Positions 43,678 to 56,612 of a DNA stretch of 64,000 nucleotides are shown here, piece after piece (position 1 is the stretch's first letter; each line of letters begins with the position of its first letter). Origin of the DNA: an uncultured bacterium (GTDB lineage Bacteria; Nitrospirota; Thermodesulfovibrionia; Thermodesulfovibrionales; Thermodesulfovibrionaceae); the NCBI GenBank assembly GCA_937998865.1, contig CALLBR010000017.1:82289-146288 (forward strand), given 5' to 3'. Below the pieces are notes generated by a model. That model worked only from the letters and a program-made list of their open reading frames with translations, searched no databases and was not told the origin of the DNA. The position numbers were made by a program, and so were the translations under genes.

Positions 43678-45726
43678 TCATAATTTAACAGTAGCGATCA
43701 TATAAATCTTCACTGCCGGAGCTAATTCTTGCGGTGCCAAAACAGGAAGTGATGGAATTGCTCTTTCCATAGCTCTCTTAATGAATCTTCTGATTGCCTG
43801 TGAACATATTAAAACAGGCTGATAGCCTTTTATTGTAGCTTCCTCAGAATATATTTTCACCTTTTCTATGACTTTTTCCATCAAAGCAGGATCAGGAGCA
43901 AAATTTATGCCTTGAGGGGTTGTCTGTAAGGCTTCAATAAGTATACGCTCTAAGGAAGGTTCCAATAGAATGGCTGAGATGGATCCGTCAGAATTTTGAA
44001 CACTCTTTGTTATCTGTCTTGACAGTGATTGTCTTACATACTCTGTAAGTATATCAGGATCCTTAGTAACAGGAGCATACTCAGCAAGAGTTTCAAGTAT
44101 TGTCTGCAGATCTTTAATTGAAACTCTCTCTCTCAAAAGATTTTGTAAAACCTTTTGTACCTGCGAAAGCGTAAGAAGATTAGGAACTAAGTCATCCACT
44201 ACTTTAGGATGGGTTTTTGCAAGATTATCAAGGAGTCTTTGAGTTTCCTGTTTACCGAGAAGTTCATGGCCATAATTTTTAAGTACTTCTCTTAAATGAG
44301 TAACTATGACCGATGGAGCATCTACCACTGTGAACCCAAGCATTTGAGCACGAGATACATCCTTTTCCTCAATCCATAGAGCATCTACACCAAAGGCAGG
44401 ATCCTTTGTGGGTATTCCCTCTATATCCTGACCAATTTTTGCTCCAATAGCAAGAAATTTACCCGGTATTATTTCTGCATTTGCTATCTCAACTCCCTTT
44501 ATAAGAATGCTATACTGATTAGGTTTTAGCATTAGATTATCTCTTATATGAATAGAGGGCACAATATAACCCTTCTCCATAGCAATCTGTTTTCTCAAGG
44601 AACGTATTCTCTCAACCAGTGAACTCTCTCCTTCCACAAGAGGAATTAGACTGTAACCTATTTCAAGAGAAATGGGATCTACTTTCAAAAGACTTTCGAG
44701 TTGCTCCTGTATTGAAGGCGTTTTTTCTTCAGGAGGGGGAATTTGAGAAGTTTCTCTATCTTTTTTTTCCTTTGTTAACATAAGATAAGCTATAGCTGCT
44801 GATACTATGGCTATAAATATAAAAGGCAAATGTGGTAAGCCAGGTATTAAACCAAGTAAAAGAAGAACTCCAGAAGCTGTAGCAAGAGTTTTGGGATTTT
44901 TAAAAAGCTGTTGAAGAATATCTTGCCCAAGATTTGATTCAGTAGCTGCTCTACTTACCACAATACCAGCTGCTGTTGATGTAATGAGAGCAGGAATCTG
45001 AGCAGCCAAACCATCACCTATTGTTAGAATCACATAGGTTTGAACAGCATCAGAAACTGATAGTCCCTTCTGAAGCACACCAATGAGAATTCCACCTATG
45101 ATGTTTATAATCATAATAATTATTGCTGCAATAGCATCTCCTCTTATAAATTTACTGGCGCCATCCATGGCTCCATAAAAATCCGCCTCTCTACTAATCT
45201 CCTCTCTTCTATGTCTTGCCTCTTTTTCATCAATAAGTCCTGCATTTAAATCTGCATCTATACTCATTTGTTTGCCGGGCATCGCATCTAAGGTAAAACG
45301 AGCTGATACTTCTGCTATGCGTCCTGCTCCCTTGGTTATTACTATAAAATTGATTATTACAAGAATTAAAAAAACAATTAGTCCTACTACAAAATTTCCA
45401 CTTACTACAAACTCTCCAAAGGCTTTTATTACCTTTCCAGCTGCTTCAGTGCCTTCTTCTCCTCTTGTAAGGATTAATCTTGTAGAAGCAATATTAAGGG
45501 ATAATCGCATGAGGGTAGCTATTAGCAAAACGGATGGAAAAACAGAAAAATCAAGGGGTTTTCTTACATAGGAAGCTACAAGTATTATTAATATTGAAAG
45601 AGTTATGCTCATAGTAAGAGACAAATCTAATAAAAAGGGTGGAATTGGAACAATCATAAAAATGAGAATGATTACGATTCCTACTGCCACAAAAACATCA
45701 CTTTTTATGTAAGACAGGATATTCAT
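43678..45726 (-). CDS. flhA: flagellar export apparatus protein FlhA
   Basis: 682 aa. Conserved FHIPEP region (…RFTLDAMPGKQMSIDADLNAGLI…). Confidence 0.96.
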   Translation of the reverse strand: MNILSYIKSDVFVAVGIVIILIFMIVPIPPFLLDLSLTMSITLSILIILVASYVRKPLDFSVFPSVLLIATLMRLSLNIASTRLILTRGEEGTEAAGKVIKAFGEFVVSGNFVVGLIVFLILVIINFIVITKGAGRIAEVSARFTLDAMPGKQMSIDADLNAGLIDEKEARHRREEISREADFYGAMDGASKFIRGDAIAAIIIMIINIIGGILIGVLQKGLSVSDAVQTYVILTIGDGLAAQIPALITSTAAGIVVSRAATESNLGQDILQQLFKNPKTLATASGVLLLLGLIPGLPHLPFIFIAIVSAAIAYLMLTKEKKDRETSQIPPPEEKTPSIQEQLESLLKVDPISLEIGYSLIPLVEGESSLVERIRSLRKQIAMEKGYIVPSIHIRDNLMLKPNQYSILIKGVEIANAEIIPGKFLAIGAKIGQDIEGIPTKDPAFGVDALWIEEKDVSRAQMLGFTVVDAPSVIVTHLREVLKNYGHELLGKQETQRLLDNLAKTHPKVVDDLVPNLLTLSQVQKVLQNLLRERVSIKDLQTILETLAEYAPVTKDPDILTEYVRQSLSRQITKSVQNSDGSISAILLEPSLERILIEALQTTPQGINFAPDPALMEKVIEKVKIYSEEATIKGYQPVLICSQAIRRFIKRAMERAIPSLPVLAPQELAPAVKIYMIATVKL

Positions 45727-46784
45727 GCAATCCTTCTTCCTTTAAGTTTATATACCTGTGCTAAAATTTCAGCAATAGCCCTATAGAGCATTTCAGGAAT
45801 CTCTCCATTTAGTGGAATTCTATAGAGAGCTCTTGCAAGAGGTTTGTTTTCATAAATGGGAACTCCTGAAGCTCGAGCAATCTCCTTTATCCTTTCAGCA
45901 AGAAGATTAGCTCCCTTTGCCACAACTTGGGGTGCTCTCATGTTTTTTGAGTCATACTTAAGGCATACAGCTAAATGAAGAGGGTTTGTTATGACAACAT
46001 CAGCCTTAGGAACCTCCTGCATCATTCTTTTCCTTGCCATTTCTCTTTGCAAACTTCTAAGTCGAGCTCTCACCATAGGTGAGCCTTCTGTCTCCTTAAA
46101 TTCTTCCTTAACCTCTTGCTTGGTCATTCTTAAATTCCTCTCATACTGCCATCTTTGATAAGCAAAATCTATACCGGCAAAAAAAGTAAGCATAATCAAT
46201 GAGGCTAATACAAGCTCGTATACCTTATCAAAAGAAAGGGAAGCAATAGCTCTTATATCCATATCTATTAAAAGAGGTAAAATATTGACATCTTTCTTCA
46301 AAATCAAATAGATGATGATCCCCAGAGCGGTCAATTTCATAATACCTTTGATTGTCTCAAAAATAGCATTTAAGGAGAAAATTCTCCTAATACCCTTAAG
46401 GGGGCTTATTTTTGAGAGATCTGGTACAAGAGGTGCTCCTGTAAAGAGAAATCCTGTTTGAATAAAGTGAGTGAGTAAAACCATAAAAAGCAATAATCCT
46501 CCTATAGGCAAAAAGTTTATTAAAAACCATTTTATCTCTTCTTTAGCAAAAGCAATAATAGCTCCTTGAGCAAAATGAGGGGTTTTCACCCTTACGAAGG
46601 CTTCTTTCAGATGTTCAATAAAAGAAATCAAAAGAGTACCTGAGAAAACAATATATAGAAAAATCATCCAAGACCCTATGATTCCCGTTAACTCTCTACT
46701 TCGTGGAACTTCTCCTTTTTGTCGGGCTTTCTCCCGCCTTCGGGGAGTTGCTTGTTCTGTTCTTTCCTGCAGTTCCTCAGGCAT
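45723..46784 (-). CDS. flhB: flagellar export switch protein FlhB
   Basis: 353 aa. N-terminal …TEQATPRRREKARQKG…, four TM segments, and a C-domain. The autocleavage site reads NPLH (codons 267-270, nt 45986..45975) instead of NPTH. Confidence 0.95.
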   Translation of the reverse strand: MPEELQERTEQATPRRREKARQKGEVPRSRELTGIIGSWMIFLYIVFSGTLLISFIEHLKEAFVRVKTPHFAQGAIIAFAKEEIKWFLINFLPIGGLLLFMVLLTHFIQTGFLFTGAPLVPDLSKISPLKGIRRIFSLNAIFETIKGIMKLTALGIIIYLILKKDVNILPLLIDMDIRAIASLSFDKVYELVLASLIMLTFFAGIDFAYQRWQYERNLRMTKQEVKEEFKETEGSPMVRARLRSLQREMARKRMMQEVPKADVVITNPLHLAVCLKYDSKNMRAPQVVAKGANLLAERIKEIARASGVPIYENKPLARALYRIPLNGEIPEMLYRAIAEILAQVYKLKGRRIA

Positions 46785-46788
46785 TCTC

Positions 46789-47520
46789 TTACCTCAACAA
46801 TCCCGCCAAAGCTTCTTTCAGATTTAAAAAAGCCTTTGAAAGCACCATGGTAAAAATAGGAATATCTAACCACATAACTGCAATCCCTGTGGCAAGCAAG
46901 AGTGGAAATCCCACAAAGAAAACATTTGCCTGAGGCATTATTCTTGAAAGAAAGCCCAAGCCTATGTTCATTAATACTTGTACAAGAAGCACAGGAGCAG
47001 AAATCTTAAAAGCAAGAGGAAACATAAGATAGGAAAACTCTAAAATGTTTCCTGCTAAGGAAAATTTAGTTGGATAATCAAAGCTTTTTATCATTAATTC
47101 TACAAGGGTTAAATGCAAATCAAGAGAAAAGAAAAGAGCTATGGTAAACATTTCATAAAAAAGAGTAATTGGTCCCATTAGCTCTCCAAACTGAGGATTA
47201 AAAATATTTGCCACAGCAAAACCTATTTGAAGGCTCATCCAATGAGAGGCAATTTCCACTGCAGCCACAATAATTCTTATCATAATACCAATGCTTAAGC
47301 CAAAAATTATGGCATTAAAAAGTGAGAGAAGAAAATTTTGTTCCTTGATTGTTAAATATGGCATTATTGCTAAGGATATAGCTAAAGCTAAAAAAAACCT
47401 AAAAGCTAAAGATACTGTTCTACTGCCTATATAGGGAATAAAAAAAAGAATAATGGAGACTCTAATAAAGACAGGTATAAAGTTATATAAATTGGTTGTA
47501 AGAAGATCTAAGTAGTTCAT
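46789..47520 (-). CDS. fliR: flagellar export apparatus protein FliR
   Basis: 243 aa, polytopic. Position between fliQ and flhB. Confidence 0.9.
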   Translation of the reverse strand: MNYLDLLTTNLYNFIPVFIRVSIILFFIPYIGSRTVSLAFRFFLALAISLAIMPYLTIKEQNFLLSLFNAIIFGLSIGIMIRIIVAAVEIASHWMSLQIGFAVANIFNPQFGELMGPITLFYEMFTIALFFSLDLHLTLVELMIKSFDYPTKFSLAGNILEFSYLMFPLAFKISAPVLLVQVLMNIGLGFLSRIMPQANVFFVGFPLLLATGIAVMWLDIPIFTMVLSKAFLNLKEALAGLLR

Positions 47521-47786
47521 TTTACATAGAGTGGAAGATTTTCAAAGATACCTCTTGTGAATTTAGTCATTATATTGACCATCCAAGGAATTGTAAGAAG
47601 CAAAGTCAAGAAAACTGCTATAACCTTGGGGACAAAACTTATGGTCATTTCCTGAAGCTGGGTAACAGCTTGGAAAAGACCTATGAGAAGTCCTACTAAA
47701 AGACTTACAAGCAAAACAGGACCACCTACAAGAAGTATTGTTTCAAAAGTTTGTTTTGAAATATAATTTAAAAACTCCACTGTCAT
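47517..47786 (-). CDS. fliQ: flagellar export apparatus protein FliQ
   Basis: 89 aa, two TM segments. Conserved …AVTQLQEMT…. Confidence 0.92.
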   Translation of the reverse strand: MTVEFLNYISKQTFETILLVGGPVLLVSLLVGLLIGLFQAVTQLQEMTISFVPKVIAVFLTLLLTIPWMVNIMTKFTRGIFENLPLYVK

Positions 47787-48790
47787 TTAAAACCTCCTGC
47801 TAAAGAGCCAATTATTAATTGCCAACCATCTACTAAAACAAAAAGTAAAAGCTTAAAGGGCATAGAGATCATCACAGGTGGTAACATGAACATTCCCATG
47901 GAAAGCAATATACTTGCCACAACAATATCAATGACTAGAAAAGGTAAAAAAATTAAAAAACCTATTTCAAAGGCTCTTTTTAGTTCACCAAGAGCAAAGG
48001 CAGGAACTACTATTTTCATGGGCAAATCCATGGGGCTGGAGGGTTTAATTTCTGACTTAGAAAGCTTAAGAAACAATGCTAAATCCTTTTGTCTTGTCTG
48101 TTTAAGCATGAACTCTTTCAAGGGTATAGAGGCTTTATTTATCGCCTCTTCCATGGTAATCTCTTTTTTTGCAAAAGGTAAATAAGCCTCATTGTAAACT
48201 TTATCAACAGTGGGTGACATAATGAAAAGCGTCAAAAAAAGAGCAATCCCTATAATAACCTGATTGGGAGGAACAGCAGGTGTTCCTAAAGCTTGCCTAA
48301 GAAGGGATAGAACAATAACAATGCGTGTAAAAGATGTCATCATTATCAAAACTGCTGGCAAAAAACTTAAAAGAGTTATAAAAAGAAGTAAATCTATGGC
48401 TGATGAAAAACCAAAAAGTCCTCCTCCTGTAGGTGCTGGAGGAGCTCCATAGGAAAGAGACGGAATTAAAGGTAAAAGTATAAATAAACTGATCCTTAGG
48501 ATTCCCTTCAAAAAGGACTTTTTTTCTGTTTCAGAGGTACTAAAAAGAGCTTCAATTTTTAAAGAATCCAACTTTGTTATTAAATTAATTCCATTTTCAG
48601 TTATACCTATGAGCAAATACTCATCAAAAGCCTTGATCACTCCTATGCCTTTTTTATAACCAAGGGGTTGGTAATATATGATTTGAATAAAACCTTTGCT
48701 AGGATTAATTTTATGCTTCATTATCCTCAGAAGGAAGTATAGAGTTCCTATTACAATTAAGAGAGATATTGTAACTTTCAAATATTCCAT
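47783..48790 (-). CDS. fliP: FliO-like N-terminal segment fused in frame to FliP
   Basis: 335 aa. Residues 1-~85 have one TM segment plus …IQIIYYQPLGYKKGIGVIKAFDEYLLIGITENGINLI… (FliO-like). A FliP-type signal segment (…LLPLIPSLSYG) and the FliP core (LLRQALGTPAVPPNQVIIGIALFLTLFIMSP) follow. Confidence 0.8.
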   Translation of the reverse strand: MEYLKVTISLLIVIGTLYFLLRIMKHKINPSKGFIQIIYYQPLGYKKGIGVIKAFDEYLLIGITENGINLITKLDSLKIEALFSTSETEKKSFLKGILRISLFILLPLIPSLSYGAPPAPTGGGLFGFSSAIDLLLFITLLSFLPAVLIMMTSFTRIVIVLSLLRQALGTPAVPPNQVIIGIALFLTLFIMSPTVDKVYNEAYLPFAKKEITMEEAINKASIPLKEFMLKQTRQKDLALFLKLSKSEIKPSSPMDLPMKIVVPAFALGELKRAFEIGFLIFLPFLVIDIVVASILLSMGMFMLPPVMISMPFKLLLFVLVDGWQLIIGSLAGGFK

Positions 48791-48798
48791 AGTATTAC

Positions 48799-49221
48799 CT
48801 ATCCAAGCTGTTTTACTCTTTCTTGAGGGCTTATTATGTCTGTAATTCTTATGCCAAATTTTTCATTTACTACCACCACTTCACCTCTTCCAATGAGTTT
48901 CCCATTAACATAAACATCCATTGGTTCGCCCGCTAATTTTTCTAAGGCCACAACTGAACCCTGCGTTAGTTGAAGAAGTTCTTGAACTAAAATTCTTGTT
49001 TTTCCTATCATCACTGTAAGTTCAAGAGGTATATCAAGTATAAAATCTATATCGCGTACTTTAGGTTTTTCTGCAGTTACTTCAAATTCATCTATCTTAG
49101 GTGCTTTAGCTTCCTGTTGAGTTTTCATAGCTTTTTCCATCTCAAGAGCTTTTTCCATATCGAGCTCTTCTTCAGGTATTTCTTCTAAATTTTGCTCTTC
49201 CTGCTTGTCTTTTTCTTCCAT
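48799..49221 (-). CDS. fliN: flagellar motor switch protein FliN
   Basis: 140 aa. Acidic N-terminus and a C-terminal SpoA domain (…LDIPLELTVMIGKTRILVQELLQL…). Confidence 0.92.
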   Translation of the reverse strand: MEEKDKQEEQNLEEIPEEELDMEKALEMEKAMKTQQEAKAPKIDEFEVTAEKPKVRDIDFILDIPLELTVMIGKTRILVQELLQLTQGSVVALEKLAGEPMDVYVNGKLIGRGEVVVVNEKFGIRITDIISPQERVKQLG

Positions 49222-49222
49222 T

Positions 49223-50188
49223 TTATGCCTCCCCTTTGATTTTTACGGCGTAATTTCCTCTAAAAGTACCAAACTTTCCCTTGAATTTAGGGATTCCTTC
49301 CACTAAGATATCCACATCTTCGTCTATTCTTCTCTGAAGTGCTATTATGTCACCTTTTTTTAGGTCAAGGAGGGTATTAAAATCTATCTTAGTTTTGCCC
49401 AGTATAGCTTCAATCTCAACGGAGGTTCTTTTGATTTGTTCTTTTATCTTTCCAATCCATTTTAAATCTATCTCATCTCTATCTACCATAAAGGCACTAT
49501 AAAGTTTTTCCTTAATGGGCTCAACACTTGAGTAGGGAATACAAACCATAATTTTACATTCTCTTGTTTCTATCTCCAGAGTAAATTCAGTCTCAATAAC
49601 AACATCAACAGGAGTTACTATGGTAACAAACTGAGGATTCATCTCTGTTCTTACATACTGAGTTTTTATAGGGAAAACTGGCCTCCAGGCATCTTCCATG
49701 CTTTCAAGAAACATCATCAGGACTTTATGGATTATTCTTTGTTCTATTGGTGTAAATTCTCTTCCTTCTGGCTTGTAATATCCTTTTCCAGAACCTCCAA
49801 AATAAAACTCTATGAGAGTGAAAATCATAGGAGCATCAAAAACTACAAGGCTAAATCCTCTTAGAGGCTCAAGTTTAATAATATTTAGACTAGAAGGAAA
49901 AGGCACTGAGCGAAGGAAATCATAAAACTTAGTTATGCTCACATTTACATTGACTACATCTACTATTTTTCTTATATCTGAAGCTAAACTAACCCTGAAG
50001 TTCCTTGCTAGTCTCTCGTTAATAATATCAAGAGAAGGCATTTTGCCACGAACAATTTTCTCCTGAGAGGTAAAATCATATACTCTGATACCAGAGGGAG
50101 CTTCAGCAGTTTCAGTCTCAACCTCTCCGCCTTCAATTCCTCTTAACAGCGCATCTATTTCGTCTTGAGATAGGATATCGTCTACCAT
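49223..50188 (-). CDS. fliM: flagellar motor switch protein FliM
   Basis: 321 aa. N-terminal CheY-P binding motif LSQDEIDALL. Confidence 0.95.
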   Translation of the reverse strand: MVDDILSQDEIDALLRGIEGGEVETETAEAPSGIRVYDFTSQEKIVRGKMPSLDIINERLARNFRVSLASDIRKIVDVVNVNVSITKFYDFLRSVPFPSSLNIIKLEPLRGFSLVVFDAPMIFTLIEFYFGGSGKGYYKPEGREFTPIEQRIIHKVLMMFLESMEDAWRPVFPIKTQYVRTEMNPQFVTIVTPVDVVIETEFTLEIETRECKIMVCIPYSSVEPIKEKLYSAFMVDRDEIDLKWIGKIKEQIKRTSVEIEAILGKTKIDFNTLLDLKKGDIIALQRRIDEDVDILVEGIPKFKGKFGTFRGNYAVKIKGEA

Positions 50189-50192
50189 GGCT

Positions 50193-50693
50193 TTATTGCA
50201 TTACAAAATCTGTTAAATATACATTAATAACTGTTCCCTCTCCAAGAATTTGACTAGCTCTTTGTTTGATCTCATCTTTTATTATTATCTTTCCTTCCGC
50301 AGTAATTAACTCATCGGATGTCTTGCTGGTCAATAAGGTTATAATGGCATCTCTAAGTTGAGGGGTTCTATTTTTAGCCTTTTCCATAAGTTTTGCCTCA
50401 GACAATTCTATCTGAATTGATACTTTTAAATATTTTGTACCGGCACCATCCATTAAATTAACCACAAAGGGTTCTAAAGAAAAGTTTACTCCTGCCACTT
50501 CGTGTGTTTTTGAGGAAGCTTCACCTTTTTGTCCTTCCTTGGGTTTATTAAGTAATAAAAAATAGGCACCAGCTGCTCCACCCAATAAAACCACCAAGGC
50601 TATAATTATAATAATTAAAAACTTTCCCTTTTTCTTCTTTGATACCTCTTCCTGAGCTTCAGTATTACCATTTTCAACTTTTTCTTTTGCCAT
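50193..50693 (-). CDS. fliL: flagellar basal-body-associated protein FliL
   Basis: 166 aa. Single TM segment and a conserved C-domain (…FVVNLMDGAGTKYLKVSIQIE…). AGGAGG SD. Confidence 0.9.
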   Translation of the reverse strand: MAKEKVENGNTEAQEEVSKKKKGKFLIIIIIALVVLLGGAAGAYFLLLNKPKEGQKGEASSKTHEVAGVNFSLEPFVVNLMDGAGTKYLKVSIQIELSEAKLMEKAKNRTPQLRDAIITLLTSKTSDELITAEGKIIIKDEIKQRASQILGEGTVINVYLTDFVMQ

Positions 50694-50725
50694 AGGATCC
50701 TCCTTTAAGGGTTTTTAAAAATTTT

Positions 50726-50741
50726 AGCATATAATATGCCA
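50726..50741 (-). promoter_or_regulatory. candidate sigma54 promoter of the fliL...fliA operon
   Basis: Minus strand TGGCATATTATATGCT, with GG and GC at exactly the canonical -24/-12 spacing (consensus TGGCAC-N5-TTGCW). The -12 GC is about 34 nt upstream of ATG 50693. Confidence 0.4.
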
Positions 50742-50803
50742 GAGTTTAGACTCGATTTTTTTAGTAAAAATTAACAGGAAAGTGTTAGGTAAAATTTTTT
50801 AAA

Positions 50804-50839
50804 TGACAATTTTTTGACAAAATTTTTATTTTTTTGACA
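50804..50839. promoter_or_regulatory. three phased TGACA repeats upstream of the sigma54-like promoter (candidate enhancer/UAS)
   Basis: TGACA at 50804, 50815 and 50835 (spacings 11 and 20 nt), each preceded by a T run. They lie 65-100 nt upstream of the -24 element, and the third sits in the last codons of trpC. Confidence 0.3.
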
Positions 50840-51632
50840 GTCCTCTCTTGAGCTCTCTTATTTTTTCAAAAGGATTAAGAGAAAGAACAATAGAAGTGCC
50901 TACTAAAATTGCGTCTACCCCTGCTTTAAGCAATATCTCCACCTGGAATCCATTACTTATTCCACTTTCACTAACAACAATTTTATCCTTAGGTATCAAT
51001 TCCTTTAATCTCAAAGTATTTTCAATTTCTGTATTCATGGTTTTTAGATTTCTATTGTTTATTCCAATAATAGAGGCATCTGATTCTATGGCTTTTTCAA
51101 GATCCTCTTCATCATGTACTTCAAATAAAACTTCTAAGCCCAATTCAGTGGCTTTTCTATATAAATTCTTAGCCTCATCTAAGGTTAGTATTCCTGCTAT
51201 GAGGAGTAAAGCATCAGCTCCAAGCATTTTTGTTTCATAAACTTGATATTCATCAAAAATAAAATCTTTTCTTAGGATCGGAATTTCAGGATATCTATTT
51301 TTTATCTTCAATAAATACTGAGGACTACCTAAAAAATAGTCTTCCTCTGTAATTACTGAAAGGGCATCTGCTCCGCTCTTTACATAGATGTGAGACATTT
51401 CCAAAACATCGAAATTTCTTAGTAAACCCTTAGTGGGAGAAGCTCTCTTAATTTCTGCAATTAATTTTATTGGCTCTTCTTCCTTTCTTTTTATTGCTTC
51501 TGAAAAACTTCCCTGTCTACCTTCTCCCTTTAGGTTCTCCATCTCCTTAAGGACTTTTTCAAGGGGAAGGCTTTTCTTTTTCTCCTCCACTCTTACTTTT
51601 TTTTGCTTAACTATTTTACTTAAAATATTCAT
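50826..51632 (-). CDS. trpC: indole-3-glycerol phosphate synthase
   Basis: Motifs …IAEIKRASPTKG…, …LRKDFI…, and …NNRNL… The ORF track starts at TTG 51662. ATG 51632 (MNILSKIVKQKK…) fits the usual TrpC N-terminus better. Confidence 0.88.
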   Translation of the reverse strand: MNILSKIVKQKKVRVEEKKKSLPLEKVLKEMENLKGEGRQGSFSEAIKRKEEEPIKLIAEIKRASPTKGLLRNFDVLEMSHIYVKSGADALSVITEEDYFLGSPQYLLKIKNRYPEIPILRKDFIFDEYQVYETKMLGADALLLIAGILTLDEAKNLYRKATELGLEVLFEVHDEEDLEKAIESDASIIGINNRNLKTMNTEIENTLRLKELIPKDKIVVSESGISNGFQVEILLKAGVDAILVGTSIVLSLNPFEKIRELKRGLSKK

Positions 51633-51893
51633 TTCCGTATCTTTTTCTGAGTTTGTATACAAAAACCAATATTTCTGCTACAGCTTTATATAGATCAACA
51701 GGGACTTCATCATATAGATCAAGTTTTGATAAAACCTCTACTAAAGCTTCATCTTCTCTAAGAGGTATGCCATGCTCTCTTGCAATTTCAATTATTTTTT
51801 CAGCCACATATCCTCTACCTTTTGCAATTACCTTTGGTGCTTTGTCTTTTTCTGCCTCATATCTTAATGCTACTGCTTTTTTACTCTCTTCTT

Positions 51894-51897
<4 letters not shown>
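51616..51897 (-). CDS. stand-alone FlhB C-terminal-domain paralog (FlhX/YlqH-like)
   Basis: KKAVALRYEAEKDKAPKVIAKGRGYVAEKIIEIAREHGIPLRED…LYKAVAEILVFVYKL parallels the FlhB residues just after the NPxH site. The ORF track starts at TTG 51933. ATG 51897 forms an ATGA overlap with the upstream stop. Confidence 0.7.
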
Positions 51898-56607
<4,710 letters not shown>

Positions 56608-56612
56608 TCACC

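Noticed and set aside
46688-46933. Two short ORFs (46688..46873 minus, 46703..46933 plus) at the flhB/fliR junction.
   Set aside because: They overlap the well-supported flhB start and fliR end. There are no motifs, and the fliR-flhB spacing (4 nt) leaves no room for another gene.
50848-51240. 130-aa plus-strand ORF inside trpC (also 51433..51693 and 51653..51925).
   Set aside because: Antisense to trpC or the FlhB-CC paralog, with low-complexity translations.
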